From assembly GCA_016933455.1 (NCBI GenBank), contig JAFGAZ010000020.1, positions 119 to 64,118 on the forward strand: a stretch of DNA of 64,000 nt. The letters are read 5' to 3'. The DNA comes from Candidatus Aenigmatarchaeota archaeon. Its GTDB lineage: Archaea; Aenigmatarchaeota; Aenigmatarchaeia; Aenigmatarchaeales; Aenigmatarchaeaceae. Both the position numbers and the translations under genes were made by a program. Shown here piece after piece: positions 59,914 through 64,000 of this stretch (positions are counted from its first letter, which is position 1; each line of letters starts with the position of its first letter). The notes beneath the pieces are model-generated. The model did not search any database, was not told the DNA's origin, and worked only from the letters and a program-made list of their open reading frames with translations.

Positions 59914-60873
59914 CTATTTTTCTTCAGGATCTTTTATGCCATCAGGGGTTATGATGTATACTGCCTCGCCTTCCGGAAGGTTTGGCGAGTCGACTATTCT
60001 TGCAATCCTAGTGTTTCCCTTGGACTTTCTGACATAAAGCCTGTGCGTTGAAAAGTGGCCCAGGATGTGGCCGCCTATTGGCCTTGTGGGGTCGCCGAAA
60101 AGAATCGCGGGGTTTGCCATCACCTGGTTGGTGATGTATACCGCGACGTTGTAGACATCTGCCAGTCTTTGCAAAGTGTGCAGGTGCCTGTTTAGTTTCT
60201 GCTGCCTTGAGGCAAGCTCCCCTCTTCCTGAAAAGTCTGCCCTGAAATTAGAAGTTACGCTGTCAACTATTACCAGCTTTACGTTCTTTTCCTTTATCAT
60301 CTCTCCCACATGCTCGGCCAGAACCATCTGGTGGTCCGAGTTGTAGCACCTTGCGACAAAGATGTTTTCCAACACCTTGTCAGCATCCATGCCCTCGGCC
60401 TCTGCAATCTGCCTTATCCTTTCAGGCCTGAAGGTGTTTTCAGCGTCAAGAATTATGACATTGCCCGCAACCCCGCCCTCGTCAATAGGCTTTTGCGCAT
60501 TCACCGCTATCTGGAACCCGACCTGGGTCTTTCCTGATCCGAACGCTCCGTGGAACTCTGTCACAGACTGGGTCTCGATTCCTCCCTCCAGAAGCTTGTC
60601 TAGGTTCTCGCTGCCGGTCGATATCTTCCTTATCTGAAGCCTCTTGTCGTCGACCTCCTTTCCTGTTTCGAAACCGATGTCTAGTTCCTCTCTTGCGGTG
60701 TTTATTATCTTGGTTGCCGTAAGCTCGCCAACATTGGCAGTGTCCCCAAGCTCCTTTGGAGAGGCGGCTGCAATGCTCATCATGTCGATGTAGCCTGCCG
60801 CCTTTAGCTTCTGCCCTATCTTCTCGCCCACTCCGGGCAAATCAGATACATTGGTTATCTTCTTTTTGGCCAT
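59914..60873 (-). CDS. radA: DNA repair and recombination protein RadA
   Basis: HhH N-terminus; [31 protein letters not shown]. Confidence 0.97.
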   Translation of the reverse strand: MAKKKITNVSDLPGVGEKIGQKLKAAGYIDMMSIAAASPKELGDTANVGELTATKIINTAREELDIGFETGKEVDDKRLQIRKISTGSENLDKLLEGGIETQSVTEFHGAFGSGKTQVGFQIAVNAQKPIDEGGVAGNVIILDAENTFRPERIRQIAEAEGMDADKVLENIFVARCYNSDHQMVLAEHVGEMIKEKNVKLVIVDSVTSNFRADFSGRGELASRQQKLNRHLHTLQRLADVYNVAVYITNQVMANPAILFGDPTRPIGGHILGHFSTHRLYVRKSKGNTRIARIVDSPNLPEGEAVYIITPDGIKDPEEK

Positions 60874-60885
60874 AGAATCATACTA

Positions 60886-61878
60886 TTACATGTTCTTTTT
60901 CAAATTATTTATTAGTTTATTTACCTGCTCTTTCATGTCAACTTCCTTGACATCGTTTGCCACAAACTCAAGCCTCTTAAACATCTTGTTTTTCCTAACC
61001 CTTCCGGATATCAAAAACTCCTTTCCCAAAACATCCAGGTCCCCAAAGAAGGTGTCCTCCTTGTCCAAGACCTCGTCCATGCTCATGCCTATCAGCTTTA
61101 GCGCGTTGTCTCTAAAGAAAACAACCCTTATGTTCCCTGTTCCGTCGTCAACAACCCCTGACAGCACCATGTTCTTTTTCGGCTCGACCTTCCCGTGGTC
61201 TGCGCACGTGTAATCGTTATCCTTGGTAACTCTTTTTCCGCATTCCGGGCACACCGTGTAGAAGAAGTTGGTTTCGAACAACTGCACAACAGCTGCCCTA
61301 ATTTCCGTCATGTCCCCTTCCTTTAGTTTCTCTATTGTGCTGAACTGCTTTGCGGAAGGCGCGGGAGCTGTCTTGGCAAGCTCTGGCAGCTCGCTGTCAT
61401 CAAGAAGCTTGAGGCCCCCTGTCTTGCTCAGCCTTATCTCGGCCCCTCCCCTTGGGTCAGGCCTTGTATAGCCTCCGAACACCTCGACTGCCATGCCCTC
61501 CTTTACCTTCCCTATTATCTCTGTCTGCGCGTCCCAGAGGGTAAGCCTTATGGTGCCCGACTCGTCTGCAAGAACAATCGATGCCACCTTGCCCTTTCTC
61601 CCCTTGCTCTCGAACTCCTTTACCGGAAATATCCTGGCTATCCTTGCCTTGATGTTTAGAATCCTGATCTTTGGTACGATGTTTTTTATCTGAAGACGTC
61701 TTTCCTGCTTTTTTGGGAAAAGCTCAACCCCTAGCTCCTTTGCTATGATGTATGCTGCCCCGTCCTTTGAAACGAGATTTGACAGCTCCTTTTGCTTTTC
61801 TATTATCCTTTCCTGGAGGTCCTCGTCGGATAACTTTGTCTTTTCTTTTATCTTGTTTAGAATCTCTTCATAGTCCAT
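60886..61878 (-). CDS. rpa: Replication protein A (OB folds plus Zn finger)
   Basis: DESGTIRLTLWD; CPEC...CADH; DDGTGNIRVVFF. Confidence 0.9.
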   Translation of the reverse strand: MDYEEILNKIKEKTKLSDEDLQERIIEKQKELSNLVSKDGAAYIIAKELGVELFPKKQERRLQIKNIVPKIRILNIKARIARIFPVKEFESKGRKGKVASIVLADESGTIRLTLWDAQTEIIGKVKEGMAVEVFGGYTRPDPRGGAEIRLSKTGGLKLLDDSELPELAKTAPAPSAKQFSTIEKLKEGDMTEIRAAVVQLFETNFFYTVCPECGKRVTKDNDYTCADHGKVEPKKNMVLSGVVDDGTGNIRVVFFRDNALKLIGMSMDEVLDKEDTFFGDLDVLGKEFLISGRVRKNKMFKRLEFVANDVKEVDMKEQVNKLINNLKKNM

Positions 61879-61931
61879 GAAATCAATTGTGGTTAGAAAT
61901 TTATATTGTTTCTTGACCACTTTTGGGCGGT

Positions 61932-62549
61932 CTATAATTTCACGTCAGCCTTTATCATTCTGACAAGTTCCGGGAATTTTTCTATCCTAAAGTGGCCGTT
62001 CTTGCTCTTGTATATTATTATCCTGGGCTGCTTTAGGGCGTTTCTGTATTTCTCCGCATGCTCAACAGGAACGACATCATCATCCTTTGAGAACATAAGA
62101 CATAGGTTTTTCGTGTGCTTTTGCATTGCTGTCAAATCTTTCTTTAGGGCAAACCCGCTTGCAGCTGCCTTTGGAACGCTTTTGCCATAGAATGGAGGAC
62201 AAACTAGATATGTTGACAATATTTTCTTTTTGGGTTTGTTTTCCGACAAGTATTTGGCAAGAAATATGCCTCCTAGGGAGTTGCCCACAAGTATCACATT
62301 GCTTTTTAGTTTTGGAAAATGCCTTTCAAAGTGTATTTTCCATTCATTGTAGATGGCATTGTCTGAAAGAGGCATTCTTGGCCTTATTATCTGGAATTTT
62401 TTCCCAAGTGTCTTGTCAAAGTACTCACCGTGCCATCTTCTGCGCGCCTCTATCTTTATCTCTCTTGTTCTCAGGTTTTTCAGATAGTCGTGCCTGTTTT
62501 TGAAGGTCTCCCCTCCATGTACGTATAGAAGCTGGATTTTTCCTTTCAT
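61932..62549 (-). CDS. Alpha/beta hydrolase (RBBP9/YdeN-like)
   Basis: VHGG, GNSLGG nucleophile elbow, SKDDDVVP, GHF. Confidence 0.85.
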   Translation of the reverse strand: MKGKIQLLYVHGGETFKNRHDYLKNLRTREIKIEARRRWHGEYFDKTLGKKFQIIRPRMPLSDNAIYNEWKIHFERHFPKLKSNVILVGNSLGGIFLAKYLSENKPKKKILSTYLVCPPFYGKSVPKAAASGFALKKDLTAMQKHTKNLCLMFSKDDDVVPVEHAEKYRNALKQPRIIIYKSKNGHFRIEKFPELVRMIKADVKL

Positions 62550-62554
62550 AGAAA

Positions 62555-62758
62555 TCAGAGTAATTTTCTTTTCGCCCTGCTTATGTCCTCAAGCTTTACA
62601 GTCGCTCTGCCCTTGCTTTTGGCTATTGCAACTGCCTCTGAGGCAATGTCTGTTGCTGTTTCTTCCAAAAGGGCTGAAAACTCACTTATCGCATCCTTTG
62701 ATACCCTCATGTTGGTTCTTTTGAGTATCTTTTCCGCGCATGCCAGGGGGATTTCCAT
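62555..62758 (-). CDS. Archaeal histone (HMf-like variant)
   Basis: MEIPLA..RVSKDA..IASEA..GRATVKLEDI. Confidence 0.92.
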   Translation of the reverse strand: MEIPLACAEKILKRTNMRVSKDAISEFSALLEETATDIASEAVAIAKSKGRATVKLEDISRAKRKLL

Positions 62759-63112
62759 AAATATCATAGGTATTTCCCGAATTTTAAGCTTTAAGCAAAG
62801 TTCGATTCAAACAGCCAATCCTCACTTTTGCGTGAGTTTCTCTTGTTTTTGCCTATTTCCATTCCCCAAGTCATCCCTCACAATCTCCACTCGAAACGGG
62901 AGGGTTAATTTCGGCATCATGAAAATCATTAATCTATAATATATATCTTATATAATATATCATAAGAAATATGTCACAAAATAGATTAACCATAGAAAAT
63001 AGTAAATGATATATGTTTAGCTTTATATATCATAAATAATATATAACATAAAAGATAGTAAATGCTTAAATAAAACTTTGACCTAAAAAGTTATATAACA
63101 TCAGGTGAGAGA

Positions 63113-63430
63113 ATGCAAAAAGCCCAAAAAAATATCTTCGAGAAACTGTTTCTGCACCCCAAGCCAGTCAAGATGCTCACCATGCTAAAGAACGAGGACA
63201 TACAGTATGCGACTCAGGTCTCAAAAGTGGTCGATTGCACCTATTCGCACACCGTAAAGGTGCTTGATATGTTCAAAAAACTGGGCCTTGTTGTGTTCGA
63301 AAAGAAGGGCAGGATCAAATTGGTCAAACTAACTGATGAGGGAATGGACATTGCCCATGACTTTGAGGGCATTCGAAGAAAGTTCTCCAAGCTTCCCGGC
63401 AAGGAAAAAACTGTAACTCCTAAAAAGTAG
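63113..63430 (+). CDS. Winged-HTH (MarR-like) regulator
   Basis: YATQVSKVVDCTYSHTVKVL..GLV..KKGRIKLVKLTDEG; AGGTGA RBS. Confidence 0.85.
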   Translation: MQKAQKNIFEKLFLHPKPVKMLTMLKNEDIQYATQVSKVVDCTYSHTVKVLDMFKKLGLVVFEKKGRIKLVKLTDEGMDIAHDFEGIRRKFSKLPGKEKTVTPKK

Positions 63431-63636
63431 GAAAGCTGTTTTTTTGGTATAAGCATTGGCACCAATTTTTAATCTCGGACAGTTGACGCTTATTTCTAAC
63501 AATTCCAAATAGTGTTTGTCGCGCCATCAGGATCAAATGCTCAGATATATGGCTCATGGACATATCTGTGAACTGCATAATCCATATATTTTTGAATACG
63601 GACACTTGATATTAATCTAGTAAAAACAGTGGTTTT

Positions 63637-63975
63637 ATGAAGGAATTATTGCTTTGGCTCTATGGGAAGAGCGCTCGCAATGCGCACATTAGGGACATGG
63701 CTGAAAGGGCTATCAAGATCCTAAAGAAAGAGGGCTCGATGGAGTACCAGGAGCTGGCCAAAGCTTTGGGAATTGAGCTAAACAAGTACCAAAAGCCCAA
63801 GAGGACCTTCTATTTTGTGATAAATCCCTTGAAAAAGATACAGCTGATACAGGATCGTAGGATCTTTGAGGACAAGGAGAAGAAAAAGTACAAGACTGTT
63901 TATTTCTTCAATCCGGACGCCTTCTATGGCTATATGAAAAGGGTTCTTGATGACTTTTATTCCAAAGTAAAGTGA
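63637..63975 (+). CDS. Hypothetical winged-HTH-like protein
   Basis: IKILKKEGSMEYQELAKALG...TFYFVINPLKKIQLI. Confidence 0.65.
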   Translation: MKELLLWLYGKSARNAHIRDMAERAIKILKKEGSMEYQELAKALGIELNKYQKPKRTFYFVINPLKKIQLIQDRRIFEDKEKKKYKTVYFFNPDAFYGYMKRVLDDFYSKVK

Positions 63976-64000
63976 GATTTGGCTGAAAATTATAAGGCTA

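Noticed and set aside
63420..63605. 61-aa minus-strand ORF
   Set aside because: No motif or convincing start signal; cannot be supported.

Overview
Archaeal chromosomal segment, with gene content and style consistent with a small-genome DPANN archaeon such as Aenigmatarchaeota (inferred, not verified). From left to right it holds: serS/tyrS and purine-salvage genes; two large, sequon-rich surface proteins; an ~18 kb glycosylation locus (flippase, AglB, four GT2, one GT-C, five cobalamin-binding radical SAM enzymes, one SPASM/twitch radical SAM enzyme, two methyltransferases); GGR, secF/secD, tctA; a replication block (polB, a degenerate DP1, cdc6 and an ORB-bearing origin); dnaG; four peptidases; an nrdR-nrdD-nrdG operon with tandem NrdR boxes; a ~500 bp array of TTCACGTGAA-like palindromes between a wHTH gene and an ExeA-like AAA-wHTH ATPase; then a PRC-barrel gene, radA, RPA and a histone. 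Two observations stand out. (1) PolB carries a C-terminal Zn finger resembling that of PolD DP2 and is encoded beside a catalytically dead DP1, which echoes the eukaryotic catalytic/B-subunit architecture. (2) The palindrome array motif recurs between the ORB elements of the cdc6 origin. No rRNA, tRNA, CRISPR array or transposase was recognised. All calls were made by eye from motifs; no database search was run.
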